Part shown: positions 20,899 through 31,317 of the stretch, piece by piece
Layout: each line of letters begins with the position of its first letter
Numbering within the stretch: position 1 is the stretch's first letter
Virus record (IMG/VR): IMGVR_UViG_3300021399_000100
Reading direction: 5' to 3' (one strand)
DNA: 64,000 bases
Source of the DNA: a virus
Lineage: Duplodnaviria; Caudoviricetes
Position numbers and translations under genes: made by a program
Notes under the pieces: model-generated
Told to the model about the DNA's origin: nothing
Databases searched by the model: none
The model's input: the letters and a program-made list of their open reading frames with translations, nothing else

Positions 20899-20950
20899 GT
20901 TGATTTGTTTTTGTAAATTTATAATATATAATATATAATCACATCAAAGC

Positions 20951-22123
20951 ATGAGATATCTCAGTAAAACGTATTTGGGAGACGCAGCGTCAGTCCCTGC
21001 CACGCCATTAGACACTATGTGGTATAATGGGTCAGCCTTCGGTATACGCTCCTCTGCATTAAGTGATACACTTTATGCGGTATGGGGATATGATGTAGAT
21101 TATGTGAGTGTAGACGATGCCGATTTTTATGCATGGTCTAATCAGCCGACGAATCTGCTAGGTACAGGCGTCAGCCGTACACTATGGCATTCCAACAGCA
21201 TGAATGGAACAGAGGGCCTATGGAGAGATACTAACTATTTCTTCGGCCTGACTCATGAAACCTTGCAAAATAATGATCTGAATATTATTCATGCATATCA
21301 CAGATATAGCTCTATCGATGACATTATACAGTGTGCAGATAATGAAGGTGAATACTCTTCGTCGATAATATTATGGATGTGGGATGTCAGACATTATGAC
21401 CCCTTCAAAACTACTTATTCTACCTTGCGTCCCGACCACTCATGGGAATATGCCGCTTACCATTACATATATGATAGCGGGAACGTCAGACCTCAATGGA
21501 AAGCCCATACGAACATATATGATTCTATAGAGGCCTTCAGCATATATACGTTAGAAACAGGGCACCCTGATAGTGGAGAATATGATCATGACAAATATAT
21601 AAACTCCAGTATTCATTATCTCATGGGTACTGTGGATAGATCATTCAATGGTTATTATACATCAAGTGATGTAGGTAGGGATGATATCGAGTGGGGAGAA
21701 GGAATGTCTTTATCATGGAAGACCTACGAGAATGCTGTCACTACTGATTCTCTCAGGCCAGAAAATTCGATGCTATACTTGATTAGGTCAAGCAGAGATA
21801 ATATAGATAGAGAAAATGTACATGAGTACAGATATATATTTTCATATCTGGGGTATCCAGGAGGAGGAAAGAATTGCTCGTCTCTAGTATCTGCCCGATT
21901 CATATATGGCCATGATAATGACAGCAGCATAAATGATGACACGTTCTTATACAGTCATGAAGTGTTTAGAGCTTTCAATATACAGCAGGAATATGGTGTA
22001 GTTGATCAGGGCAGTGAAGATAATATGCAGAAATTCATATCTAATGAAGATATGAATGAGTTCAATAGTCATAGTGATTTTGTGGACAGCAGTACTGAAT
22101 GGTACCAGTTCATTATCATCTAA
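20951..22123 (+). CDS. Hypothetical Tyr/Asp/Trp-rich protein
   Basis: 390-aa ORF on the opposite strand to its neighbours. Confidence 0.65.
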   Translation: MRYLSKTYLGDAASVPATPLDTMWYNGSAFGIRSSALSDTLYAVWGYDVDYVSVDDADFYAWSNQPTNLLGTGVSRTLWHSNSMNGTEGLWRDTNYFFGLTHETLQNNDLNIIHAYHRYSSIDDIIQCADNEGEYSSSIILWMWDVRHYDPFKTTYSTLRPDHSWEYAAYHYIYDSGNVRPQWKAHTNIYDSIEAFSIYTLETGHPDSGEYDHDKYINSSIHYLMGTVDRSFNGYYTSSDVGRDDIEWGEGMSLSWKTYENAVTTDSLRPENSMLYLIRSSRDNIDRENVHEYRYIFSYLGYPGGGKNCSSLVSARFIYGHDNDSSINDDTFLYSHEVFRAFNIQQEYGVVDQGSEDNMQKFISNEDMNEFNSHSDFVDSSTEWYQFIII

Positions 22124-22206
22124 GCACAAAACGAGGCATGCTGTATTATATCAATCACCTGATACAGCATGCCTTGTTTAGTTATATAGTTATATCATCA
22201 ATTATT

Positions 22207-22458
22207 TTATTGTACACTCTTGTCAACCTGCGTCCGCATAAATGAGATTTCCGCTCTCATTTTCTCAGTCTCATTCGTGTAAAATATAATATCACGTGAT
22301 ATAGTTGATATATCTTTATTCAACGAGTCACACTCAACTCTCAATTGTTCTATTTTATGCTTGTTTTCCTGCGATTTAAGCGCATATCTTATCGGAGTAG
22401 ATAAAATGGCTAGTAGAAGAAAAATCTTCGTAATAACCTCAAAATTTAATTGTTTCAT
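22207..22458 (-). CDS. Small membrane-anchored coiled-coil protein
   Basis: N-terminal hydrophobic helix followed by coiled coil. Confidence 0.55.
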   Translation of the reverse strand: MKQLNFEVITKIFLLLAILSTPIRYALKSQENKHKIEQLRVECDSLNKDISTISRDIIFYTNETEKMRAEISFMRTQVDKSVQ

Positions 22459-22462
22459 GTTT

Positions 22463-22786
22463 TTACTTGTTAGATATATCTTCTTTCTTCATTATATACT
22501 GCCGTGTGATGTTTGTGGTCCTCTTATCTATAATGATCTGTTGAGAAGCCTTCCTGTCTAGCTGGCGGGCCAATGCATCTCTTTCACCCATAGCAGAATT
22601 ATATATTACAGACAGACTGTCCTTGACACATTCTATACGTGCGATGCGCTGGGAGAGGCTATCTCTATCATGTTCATAATTCTTGCGTGCCTTGGTATCT
22701 ATATTGAATACCCTACAGCTTATCGATAATGTGATAATCATAGTGACCACTAGCCACCATACTTTAATTTTATTTAACGTTTCCAT
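22463..22786 (-). CDS. Membrane or lipoprotein coiled-coil protein
   Basis: Hydrophobic N-terminus ending 'LSISC' (lipobox-like), then coiled coil. Confidence 0.55.
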   Translation of the reverse strand: METLNKIKVWWLVVTMIITLSISCRVFNIDTKARKNYEHDRDSLSQRIARIECVKDSLSVIYNSAMGERDALARQLDRKASQQIIIDKRTTNITRQYIMKKEDISNK

Positions 22787-23288
22787 CTTTTGCTACTACT
22801 AGATTGTTTAAATTTGATTCTTCTGTTATATATACGAACTTATAATTAATCTTATTTTTACACCATTCTCTTGCAGCCATTGCCTTAAAATAGTTCTTAG
22901 TGTATGTCAAGAAAGCATCTCTATATCGGATCATTGCTTTCTGTGAATTAGTCTTCGGCTTGTCGGGCTTCCTAAGCTGCTCGCTAGGCTTTACTTCACT
23001 GACGTATACAGTATCACCAATCTTGAAGACTAAATCAGGATAATACGAATGTTGCTTATTGTCCCCATACGGAGCAGGATAGAAATAAGATATACAGAAA
23101 GGCTCGCTTGCCCACCATTCTACCTCAGAGCTATCGTCAAGCCATCGCATACATTTGAACTCCCAAGACGAACGATATATACACTTCGACGGATCTCCTT
23201 TATATTTGAAGCTGTTGTATATTTTATAGTACCCCTGCTTGTACGAACCTTTCTTATTAGCATGCGGCTTATTATTCTTTATGTCCAT
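22770..23288 (-). CDS. gp4: Head completion nuclease (T4 gp4 / TnsA-like)
   Basis: 'KQGYY...KYKGDP..IYRSSWE...WASE...YYPD...EVKP'. Confidence 0.88.
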   Translation of the reverse strand: MDIKNNKPHANKKGSYKQGYYKIYNSFKYKGDPSKCIYRSSWEFKCMRWLDDSSEVEWWASEPFCISYFYPAPYGDNKQHSYYPDLVFKIGDTVYVSEVKPSEQLRKPDKPKTNSQKAMIRYRDAFLTYTKNYFKAMAAREWCKNKINYKFVYITEESNLNNLVVAKDGNVK

Positions 23289-23338
23289 CTGCGCTTATAC
23301 ATACTATGTTATATAATATGATTTACAACACATATGCC

Positions 23339-24748
23339 TTATGACATAAAGAGGTCCATCATCATATCGTCGTCATCTGTAAATGTCGTACGGTATGCAG
23401 CTGTAAGAAGCCTGTCTATAGGTGATAGCACATATTTCTGGAAGCACTCATCGTAATCAACTTTAAGTATCTCATCAAATTCCTCAGGGATTGTATCAGG
23501 GAAGCTCAGCGTGGTAGCTAATTCTACTGAAGAATCTCCAGCAATGTTATCAGTGAACATTGTACCGCCGATAGTCTGTAATCCTCCTTTAGGTATCTTT
23601 CCTTTTTTGTTAGCTGCTTCGTTGAAAGTTTTGCAGGTATATATAGGAATCTGACATTTGATCTTTACTGAATGCGCCTTAGAACCTGCCTTGATAAGCT
23701 CATACTTATCTTGCAAGCCTAATGACTTAATTAGATAATTATATAGCACTGCACCTTTCAGTTCTGGTGTTGCATGAGGCTTGACTTTGATCTGACCCAC
23801 GTCGCTCAAACAATAGTTAGTCAAATTATTGATCCTTCTTGTAGGCGCGAACGTCTCAGGAGACACTACGGCAAATAATCCCTTCATCTTAGATATCTTA
23901 GCCATAATGTCATCTTTAGTGTATCCTACTTCTTTAATATCGAAGATCATATCTACGATAGTCTTGATCTGCTCTTTACAATAAGCAGATACACCAGACT
24001 TAACCAATTCTACGCCTTTAGCAACCATCTTGCCTTCAAGATGGACATCAGGTTCTTTCCACTGCACAATTTCAACATAATTCTTCTTACCCAACCACAA
24101 CCCTTTAGAAGCATAAGCCTCTAGCTCAAAGTCTAGCACATGCTCTGCATTGAATCCTGCGGCCATATCAGCAAAGAACTTAGAGAATAGGTCTGACATG
24201 AATTCTTTTGTCAGACACAGCACGAAAGATTTACCAGTCGGCTTTTCTCGTGTGATGTCTGTCGCATCTGCATAACGTGCAAGAACACTGTTTTCATCAG
24301 GATACTTCTCTGTGGACAGATATGTGATGTGCTTCTTCTTGCCAGTCCGGAAGCTCCATACATCGTGTTCCATCCAGGTAGTGCATTTTATGACTTCGTC
24401 CCATTGTGAATATAGTGAGTCGGTATCAATATATACAGATATGTCTCTAGTGAGGTCTTTGCCTTTATGAGTAGTTCCCATCTTGTTATGAAGGGCTGTC
24501 ATGTCTTTCCATTTGGTTCTAAAAAGGTCGTTCACGAATTTCTCCGTAGTAGTGATTGTGTACTTCCCTTGTGTGGTAATAGCCTCAGCTACTGCGACAT
24601 TGAAGAAATAATTGGCAACAGAACCGAAAGCACCATATAGTGAATTGATAAGAATCTTAAGAGTCATCTGCTCATTGTCGTTATCCTCATATGCAGTATG
24701 TGCTGCAGCATATAACGCCTCTAGTTTTCTTTTAAACTCAGAATTCAT
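23339..24748 (-). CDS. Family B DNA polymerase, C-terminal subunit of a split gp43
   Basis: Motif B 'LKILINSLYGAFG', 'AITTQG', motif C 'YIDTDS', 'KKNY', 'KGVE'; no exonuclease domain or motif A. Confidence 0.88.
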   Translation of the reverse strand: MNSEFKRKLEALYAAAHTAYEDNDNEQMTLKILINSLYGAFGSVANYFFNVAVAEAITTQGKYTITTTEKFVNDLFRTKWKDMTALHNKMGTTHKGKDLTRDISVYIDTDSLYSQWDEVIKCTTWMEHDVWSFRTGKKKHITYLSTEKYPDENSVLARYADATDITREKPTGKSFVLCLTKEFMSDLFSKFFADMAAGFNAEHVLDFELEAYASKGLWLGKKNYVEIVQWKEPDVHLEGKMVAKGVELVKSGVSAYCKEQIKTIVDMIFDIKEVGYTKDDIMAKISKMKGLFAVVSPETFAPTRRINNLTNYCLSDVGQIKVKPHATPELKGAVLYNYLIKSLGLQDKYELIKAGSKAHSVKIKCQIPIYTCKTFNEAANKKGKIPKGGLQTIGGTMFTDNIAGDSSVELATTLSFPDTIPEEFDEILKVDYDECFQKYVLSPIDRLLTAAYRTTFTDDDDMMMDLFMS

Positions 24749-24804
24749 TTTTATTGTTATTTCATTATCTGTTATATATAATCACATAGATACGCTTCAC
24801 GACA

Positions 24805-25200
24805 TCAATACTCGTTCTTTAATAGCTTATCCTCCCACGGTCCATATGTTTTGAACTCAGCAGCCTTTTCCATTACCTGATCGAAATCATACTTGTATAC
24901 GTTGTCAGGATCGATAAGCCCTATATGATAATATACTTTCGTGGGAACATTTTGGAAGCACTCTGGCATAGTCATGTCTATAACATTGTCCGTTTTAATG
25001 TCTTCACACCAGCAATGGTTGTACACTATACCTTTGATGGGTCCCTGGCCAGTTACTAGCCCGTGGCATAATCTGAGATTGGGATTACTTCTGTGATTTT
25101 TCATAAAGTATTGATACCCAACAACATAGCAATCACCCTCTTGGTTTTCTGCGGGTATATTGTTCTTGCTTTCGTTAATAAAATCAGAATAAGATATCAT
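24805..25200 (-). CDS. Hypothetical protein with capsid-targeting-like leader (MISYSDFINE|S)
   Basis: Start at ATG 25200, downstream of GTAAATA (25224-25230); C...HG...HCW..D pattern. Confidence 0.7.
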   Translation of the reverse strand: MISYSDFINESKNNIPAENQEGDCYVVGYQYFMKNHRSNPNLRLCHGLVTGQGPIKGIVYNHCWCEDIKTDNVIDMTMPECFQNVPTKVYYHIGLIDPDNVYKYDFDQVMEKAAEFKTYGPWEDKLLKNEY

Positions 25201-25292
25201 AATAATACATTCGTAGTATAATATATTTACAAAAAACCATGGAGCATTTTTGCCCCATGGAACATAAAACAAATCATTACGACAACATTATT

Positions 25293-26528
25293 TTATCGAT
25301 ATGACAACGCCAAAAGGAAACGTAAAAAATCATCGATGTTATCCTCTTGTGTCTTCACCTCTTCCTTTTCATTGGATTGTTTCTGTACGTTATCATCGTT
25401 CGGTTTAGCATCATCACCGAACTCTTCTATGATACGACGTCGGACATCTTCTGGTATATTCGGTATTATGCGGAAAAGCCTCTCACAAGCCTCATTAGGT
25501 ACTTTCTGTGTAGTATTACATGTACCCGCACTTCTATCATTTGATGAAGTCTCTCCGAGATATACACCAGCAAATGTATGTGCGTGCAATTCGTTAGCGA
25601 CTTCGGTCATAAGGACTTTAGCGTCGTCATGAGGCTTACCACAGTAGTTAGATGTTCTCTTGAGGGCTACTACGTTAACATTATCCCAGAAGCTTGCAAA
25701 TGCTATCTTTACTGCGGTACATGAAGGCAAGATGTAAGCTGCCTGTACTTTGTTTCCAGAAGCACTGATCCTCATATAGGCATCAGCGATATATTTAATA
25801 TCATTGATGATGTCTGCATTCTCAGGTGTCAATTGGCCTTTTATGCATTGGCTATACAATTCTGGGTCGCATATCTGTATGCTATCGAATTTGCTTTTCT
25901 TGCTATAGTCACAGTGACGAGTGGATTCCCAGTTCTTAGATAATGATCTATGTCTAGTTATTTCTGTACCAATCTGGCGGTTAGTTGTCACTACCCATTT
26001 TACTCTCACGAGGTAATTTACCAATTCTGGCTTTTTCTTGAAGAGTTCTGACATGTACTTATTACCGACGATGCGTTTGCACACTTCCTGCCAATATGGA
26101 TAACCATGAGTGCTATTGCCGTCATGCCATATATTGAAAGTATCACATGTATTGAGGTTGAAGCTATCATACCATTCAACCAGCTCCCTCAGAGTGAATA
26201 CTGTGATAGGGAAATATTTTCGCACATGTGCATTCTGTGGGTCTGCTGCCTTTTCATCAAGAAACTTCTTTAATGAAGATAGATCAATATTGGTAGTTGT
26301 ATCCTTCTCCAAATCAGCATATATAGACACGAACTCTAGAGGTTCGTAATGCTTCGAATTGATCAGATTTTGTACAAATTTCGCTGGTGCAGTTGCTGTC
26401 TCAGTGTCCTCTACCCGGTAAGATATGCGTGTCATATACTGACATTGCGCTAATTGTTCAATTATGTCTGTAGTAAAATGAAACACCCTATCCACAGACT
26501 GATCTATGATCTTGAAATTTGGATTCAT
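25293..26528 (-). CDS. thyX: FAD-dependent thymidylate synthase with C-terminal extension
   Basis: 'HYEPLEF' and ThyX motif 'EITRHRSLSKNWESTRHC'. Confidence 0.8.
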   Translation of the reverse strand: MNPNFKIIDQSVDRVFHFTTDIIEQLAQCQYMTRISYRVEDTETATAPAKFVQNLINSKHYEPLEFVSIYADLEKDTTTNIDLSSLKKFLDEKAADPQNAHVRKYFPITVFTLRELVEWYDSFNLNTCDTFNIWHDGNSTHGYPYWQEVCKRIVGNKYMSELFKKKPELVNYLVRVKWVVTTNRQIGTEITRHRSLSKNWESTRHCDYSKKSKFDSIQICDPELYSQCIKGQLTPENADIINDIKYIADAYMRISASGNKVQAAYILPSCTAVKIAFASFWDNVNVVALKRTSNYCGKPHDDAKVLMTEVANELHAHTFAGVYLGETSSNDRSAGTCNTTQKVPNEACERLFRIIPNIPEDVRRRIIEEFGDDAKPNDDNVQKQSNEKEEVKTQEDNIDDFLRFLLALSYR

Positions 26529-26619
26529 AATAATATTTGGTTTCTTATATTAATTATAATCACATAAAAAATAAAAGAGAACCCTCTCGAGTTCTCTTTT
26601 ACATTGAGACGAAAGATAA

Positions 26620-28569
26620 TCAGACATTGAATATGTCTCCTAATGTCTTGCCTTTATTGGCTTCAGAATCCGATACTGTGATTCTAGCAATATCATCTGC
26701 GCCAAAAGTAACAGTTGCTACTGGTTTTGATTTGCTAATATCTGAATTCGTGATGGTTATCAACGGATGTACTGCAGAACCATTATATTCTGCAACCGTC
26801 TTATTGTTTATACGGACTTTAGTTATAATAGGGAGAAGGTCTTTCATGCCAGATGATTTTACCTTTATATGGAAATCAGACCCATCATCTTCTGGGTCGC
26901 CAGATACAACGGCATTAGATCTCTCATTAATCTCGCCTTCGCCTTTCTTGTCATCCTTACCTTCGCCTTTCTTGCTATCCTTTGCATTATTATTATCATC
27001 AGCACTCTCGCCCTCAGGCAATTTAGTGTCTTTTATTGCTTTTATGAATGACAATATCTTATCAGCATTATTTTTAGAGAACTCCTTAGCATTCTCGTAT
27101 ATACCAAATATATTAGTCGCATCATCAGGAGCGTCCTTTACATCTAGAGTAACTCTGTATTCACCTGTCTTCGGATTTATTTTGAAACGCCATTCAGTAT
27201 ATGTGTCATCTACGTCGCCCTTCATTCGCATGCATTCGCATTTGACTTCTGCTTTAGAAACCTCAGTAACCTTTTCGATCTGGTTGACACCGTAGATTCC
27301 TTCTTTAATGTCTTTGAGCTTTCCTTTGTATACACCTTCAGCAGTATATTCTTTAGAGTCTTCGTCTTCTTTAGCAAGGCTCTCAGATGCTATGGCGTTC
27401 AGCAGGTCGTAAATCCATAAGTTTTCATTTTCTGTATCTTTTACAGTATTAAACAGCGGCTGGATACCTTCTGATACAGTAGTAGTGGTATTATCTGAAG
27501 GATTGCTTGGATCGTTATCATTGTTATTTTCTGCAGGGTTATTCTTTCCAGCAGAACCGTCAACATCATAGAAATACAATAGTTTGTCTATCGCGTTGAT
27601 ATTCTTCTTAACTACTCGCTCAGCTACCGCAAGCTCTTCATCGTAGCGACCTGCTGTAGCCTTTACTGTTTCTGCTATTTCTTCAAGAATAGCAGCTGCT
27701 TCATTTCTTGCTGTAAGAAGTTCCTGTACTCTTTCCTGTATAGCAGCGTTTCCTGTTGACGAGTTGTTACTGATATTCGCTTCAATATTGTTATCACGCA
27801 ATACTTTAACTATATCAATACCAAAATTAGCTCCACAGAATCCTGAGATAGTTCCAAGATCACCTTTGATAACAACGGCATGAGAGGCATCTTCAATAGC
27901 ATAATTTCCGTCTGGGAGGAACACAAGCCTCCATTTAGGAGAAACTCTCAGAGCGCCTCTAGCATCAAGGTAATAGCCGTTACCTGCGCCGCACACAATT
28001 CTGCGGCCGCCTATACTGACATTATTTCCGTCTGGAGTTATAGTATATACTGAATTAACAAGCTGGCCGTTATTGTAGAGGACTTTCTCTACTGTAGCTT
28101 GTAGATGCTTGTAACGCATATCAACCTGAGGATGGTCATTAATCATTGCACGGACTTGATTCCCTATCGAAGAACCATTATCGATAGCTTTCAACATAGC
28201 GTCAAGGATCCCTTCTGAATCTCTTTTGTTTATAATCTCCTTGCTGAGAAGCAGCGATGATCTAGTCCACTTAGTGTACACGTCGTCTATGTACACGATG
28301 TTTCTGACTACGTCGATATCTACACAATGCATGATTTTATTTGTGAAGCATGCCATATCTGGCGTAGCGTCCATGAAGCCGGATGAACAGAACATGTCCC
28401 ATAGTTTGATTTTTACTGCTAATGTAGGATTGGCATTCATCATAATCATTGCTATTATGTCACGCCACTTGACCTTGACAGAAGAAGGTGCTGCAACATA
28501 TAGGGCTTTATCAATAAGGGCTTTGAACGCATCAACTTCAAATGCTTTGTTAAATTCTACGATTTCCAT
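26620..28569 (-). CDS. Hypothetical late (probably virion) protein
   Basis: 649-aa ORF; GTAAATA at 28596-28602; terminator at 26573-26600. Confidence 0.75.
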   Translation of the reverse strand: MEIVEFNKAFEVDAFKALIDKALYVAAPSSVKVKWRDIIAMIMMNANPTLAVKIKLWDMFCSSGFMDATPDMACFTNKIMHCVDIDVVRNIVYIDDVYTKWTRSSLLLSKEIINKRDSEGILDAMLKAIDNGSSIGNQVRAMINDHPQVDMRYKHLQATVEKVLYNNGQLVNSVYTITPDGNNVSIGGRRIVCGAGNGYYLDARGALRVSPKWRLVFLPDGNYAIEDASHAVVIKGDLGTISGFCGANFGIDIVKVLRDNNIEANISNNSSTGNAAIQERVQELLTARNEAAAILEEIAETVKATAGRYDEELAVAERVVKKNINAIDKLLYFYDVDGSAGKNNPAENNNDNDPSNPSDNTTTTVSEGIQPLFNTVKDTENENLWIYDLLNAIASESLAKEDEDSKEYTAEGVYKGKLKDIKEGIYGVNQIEKVTEVSKAEVKCECMRMKGDVDDTYTEWRFKINPKTGEYRVTLDVKDAPDDATNIFGIYENAKEFSKNNADKILSFIKAIKDTKLPEGESADDNNNAKDSKKGEGKDDKKGEGEINERSNAVVSGDPEDDGSDFHIKVKSSGMKDLLPIITKVRINNKTVAEYNGSAVHPLITITNSDISKSKPVATVTFGADDIARITVSDSEANKGKTLGDIFNV

Positions 28570-28722
28570 TATAAGAATACTTCGTCTATTATATCTATTT
28601 ACCTTTGTAGGTTAACTATTACGCATTATATTTGAACTTCTCGTTAAAAAAGTATTCATATTGGTCTTTTTTAATATCATACTCAGTGGACGGATGCATA
28701 TTATGTGCATTCATAATTATTG

Positions 28723-30150
28723 TCAATGTAAAAATGTATCAACCATTTCTGAAGTGTTCTGGCCCCAATTAGAATCAAATTGATTGCCTAGTTCGTCAAA
28801 TGACTGGTCGTTGCTACGGAACTCCAGAGATTCTATTCCAGTAATACCATCTTCAGGTGGAACGAGCGTGTCCATAATCTGACGTGCTGTAGAAGCATCT
28901 TCTTCGAGCTTCATATGACTGTAGTCTATATTGACATTAGTGACTATACCTTTTCCCGCGCCGTCTCGAATCTTCAGTGCCTTGAGCCTATATAGATTAG
29001 CGGCTCTATAGTCTTCCGTCTGGGTTATAGCCAGGATAGTATCGCACGTGTGTAGGATAGCTGCACATTCTGCAATACTCTCGAATCCGATCTCGTCCAT
29101 ACCGAATCCCGAACGGTTAATCTGACCTGCAGTCACAACGACGACCTGCTCCTCAATAGCCAGCGCTCTCAGCTCCTCAGAGATATTCTTCAGCTTCTCA
29201 TAGAGATCAGTCGTACGTCTGTTGCGTGAAGCCATAATGCCTATATAGTCTACTACGACTTTCTTAGGGTCCATTCCTTTATCACGCATCTTATGGATCT
29301 CGTATCGAATATCTTCTACCGTTCCTACAGACGTAGGGAACTGTTTGATCTTTATCCTTCCCCAGTTGTTTTCTCTGGCTTCATTGAGCATAGCCTTCAG
29401 CTTCCCCTTATTATTCAGCACGAGGTCGCTGTATTGGTCATCTCTCAATCCAAGAATATTTCCTGCAAGGCGCGAAGCAATGCGCTGTTCACTCATCTCG
29501 AAAGAAGCTATCAGGACATCATCACCACTCTTCGCAGTGCTAGCAGCTTCATTTATCAAAAATATAGACTTACCTATATTGGCTTCACCCAAATAGCATA
29601 CCAGCGTGCCTATTTCATATCCCTTAGGGATCATGCTCCACATGCATGGCGTGTATCTTCCTTCATCAGGACGGTGGCTGTCTATATCGAAGAAATCCAT
29701 TCCTACGGAAGTTCCTCTAGAAGAAATCTGCGAGTTCTCTATGAGCAGCCTGCACTTGGAGGAAACCTCAGTGAAGGTGGCGGCATCATCAGCAGAAGTC
29801 ATCAGTTCGAGAGACTCACCTATAGAATCTCTCAGCTTCAGCCATGAGATCCATCCGATGATATTATCGGCAACTGGCTGAGTTATCTCTCCTGCTTGAG
29901 ATATGATCTGATTGAAAAATTGTACATAGAAATCTGCATCCTTTCCATCAGACTCTGCAACAACCGCAACATCATCTGATGTGAACCCATTATAACTGGA
30001 ACTCTTCAGGGTCTTCATGATCTCTATGATATACATGATATCTGGAGAATCCTTGAACCATTCTGGCTGGACGTCGTCTATGTAGATAGGAGTCTCTACA
30101 AGGAACTTGACCATCCTAGCCATAGAAGTTACTTTTAGTTTTCCTAGCAT
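28723..30150 (-). CDS. gp41: Replicative DNA helicase (T4 gp41/DnaB family)
   Basis: Walker A 'GEANIGKS', 'SFEMSE', 'VVDYIGIM', 'TAGQINRSG', 'LKIRDG'. Confidence 0.92.
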   Translation of the reverse strand: MLGKLKVTSMARMVKFLVETPIYIDDVQPEWFKDSPDIMYIIEIMKTLKSSSYNGFTSDDVAVVAESDGKDADFYVQFFNQIISQAGEITQPVADNIIGWISWLKLRDSIGESLELMTSADDAATFTEVSSKCRLLIENSQISSRGTSVGMDFFDIDSHRPDEGRYTPCMWSMIPKGYEIGTLVCYLGEANIGKSIFLINEAASTAKSGDDVLIASFEMSEQRIASRLAGNILGLRDDQYSDLVLNNKGKLKAMLNEARENNWGRIKIKQFPTSVGTVEDIRYEIHKMRDKGMDPKKVVVDYIGIMASRNRRTTDLYEKLKNISEELRALAIEEQVVVVTAGQINRSGFGMDEIGFESIAECAAILHTCDTILAITQTEDYRAANLYRLKALKIRDGAGKGIVTNVNIDYSHMKLEEDASTARQIMDTLVPPEDGITGIESLEFRSNDQSFDELGNQFDSNWGQNTSEMVDTFLH

Positions 30151-30194
30151 ATTGCTTAATTATCGTTTAATTATCGTCTCGTTTATATAATCAC

Positions 30195-30590
30195 TACAGA
30201 AGAAGAAGGATAGTCCATAGCTTCTCTGATATATACATAATGTTAATGAACAAGTGTTGCGCTAAAGACGCAACACTCATTCGGTAATGCGATAATTCGC
30301 ATTACTTTTATGTTTCTATTTTTGATGCTGTATTGACTCTAGATATACCAGAATAATCCGAAACTTCCCTAATTATCCCAATATTATACATTTCCCCTCA
30401 TATATCTTTAAGGATATGGGGGAGTTTCTATATAGCATCTAATAGCCCAAAATTTCATCTAATTTTCCCTATATTATATATTCCCCTCATATAATATTAA
30501 GGACATGGGGAGTTTCTATATAGACCCTAAACCTTCATAATTATCTCTCTATTATATAATTCCCCTCATATAATATTAAGGACATGGGGA
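30195..30590. repeat. Dispersed ~400-bp structured non-coding element, copy A (two hairpins plus 3 quasi-palindromic tandem repeats)
   Basis: Hairpins agtgttgcg/cgcaacact and gtaatgcga/tcgcattac; CCGAAACTTCCC; 3x TATTATA.ATT(T)CCCCTCATAT...TTAAGGA.ATGGGG at ~30381, 30471, 30550; homologous to 63683-64000. Confidence 0.85.
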
Positions 30591-30621
30591 TGTTTTGTGT
30601 TGGGTGATTTTTAAAAAACGG

Positions 30622-30630
30622 GTGATTATA
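30622..30630 (+). promoter_or_regulatory. GTGATTATA phage promoter motif (representative copy)
   Basis: The same 9-mer lies 22-35 nt upstream of start codons at 20898, 24748, 26528, 30150, 30653, 32886, 33534, 46881, 60676, 61086, 63500. Confidence 0.75.
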
Positions 30631-30652
30631 TAACTATACTTTATTAAAAATA

Positions 30653-31297
30653 ATGAAATCGAAAAAGATATATCCTGAATCAGAAACCGATATCTTTGTA
30701 GATAGCGGAGGCCCATATGATGTGGACCCTGACGATAGATTTGTGGATGAATGCGACTTCGAAGGATACGATGTAGAAGATATATTTGAAGAAGGGGACT
30801 CGTCTAGTGAGAACGATTACAGCAATAATGATACAGACAAGTTGTTATCGTATAAAGACTATGCTACGCAGAGAAGCAGCACCAAAAAAGTATCTTCTCA
30901 AAATTATGATGCTGCAGATATCCACAGCACTAAGCAAGACATAGCCATGCCTTATGATTGCATGGATAATGACAGCTACTTCAATGAAGACCTAGAGAAT
31001 AGCGCATGCGAAGTGATAAAGGGGACTACTCTTGAGAAATACGAGGACGGTAGACATATACCTATCAAGGACGTAGTCACATGCTTTGTACGTCTCGCAG
31101 ACAAGTGGCCAGATGACCTCGTGTATTGCTTTACCCTCATAGCCTATTATGGCAAGGTCCTCAGATACAAGTCTCTATTAGACGCTATACCAACGTCTTA
31201 TAGGGATAAGATGATAAAGCAGCTATCTAGATCAGGCGCAGAAATGATCAAATCACTCTATAAGAGCGAGGCTACAGTAGTAGATATATTTTGTTAA
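30653..31297 (+). CDS. Hypothetical protein, acidic N-terminus
   Basis: 214-aa ORF downstream of GTGATTATA. Confidence 0.7.
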   Translation: MKSKKIYPESETDIFVDSGGPYDVDPDDRFVDECDFEGYDVEDIFEEGDSSSENDYSNNDTDKLLSYKDYATQRSSTKKVSSQNYDAADIHSTKQDIAMPYDCMDNDSYFNEDLENSACEVIKGTTLEKYEDGRHIPIKDVVTCFVRLADKWPDDLVYCFTLIAYYGKVLRYKSLLDAIPTSYRDKMIKQLSRSGAEMIKSLYKSEATVVDIFC

Positions 31298-31317
31298 CTA
31301 ATATAAAATTTAGTATT

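Noticed and set aside
22770-23288. TnsA transposase / Tn7 element
   Set aside because: Matches the T4 gp4 head-completion nuclease; no tnsB/C or transposon ends.
30381-30590. Palindromic repeats with intervening sequence as a CRISPR mini-array
   Set aside because: The intervening segments resemble each other (AGTTTCTATATAG...), the period is irregular (~90 and ~79 bp), the repeats are degenerate, and there is no cas operon.
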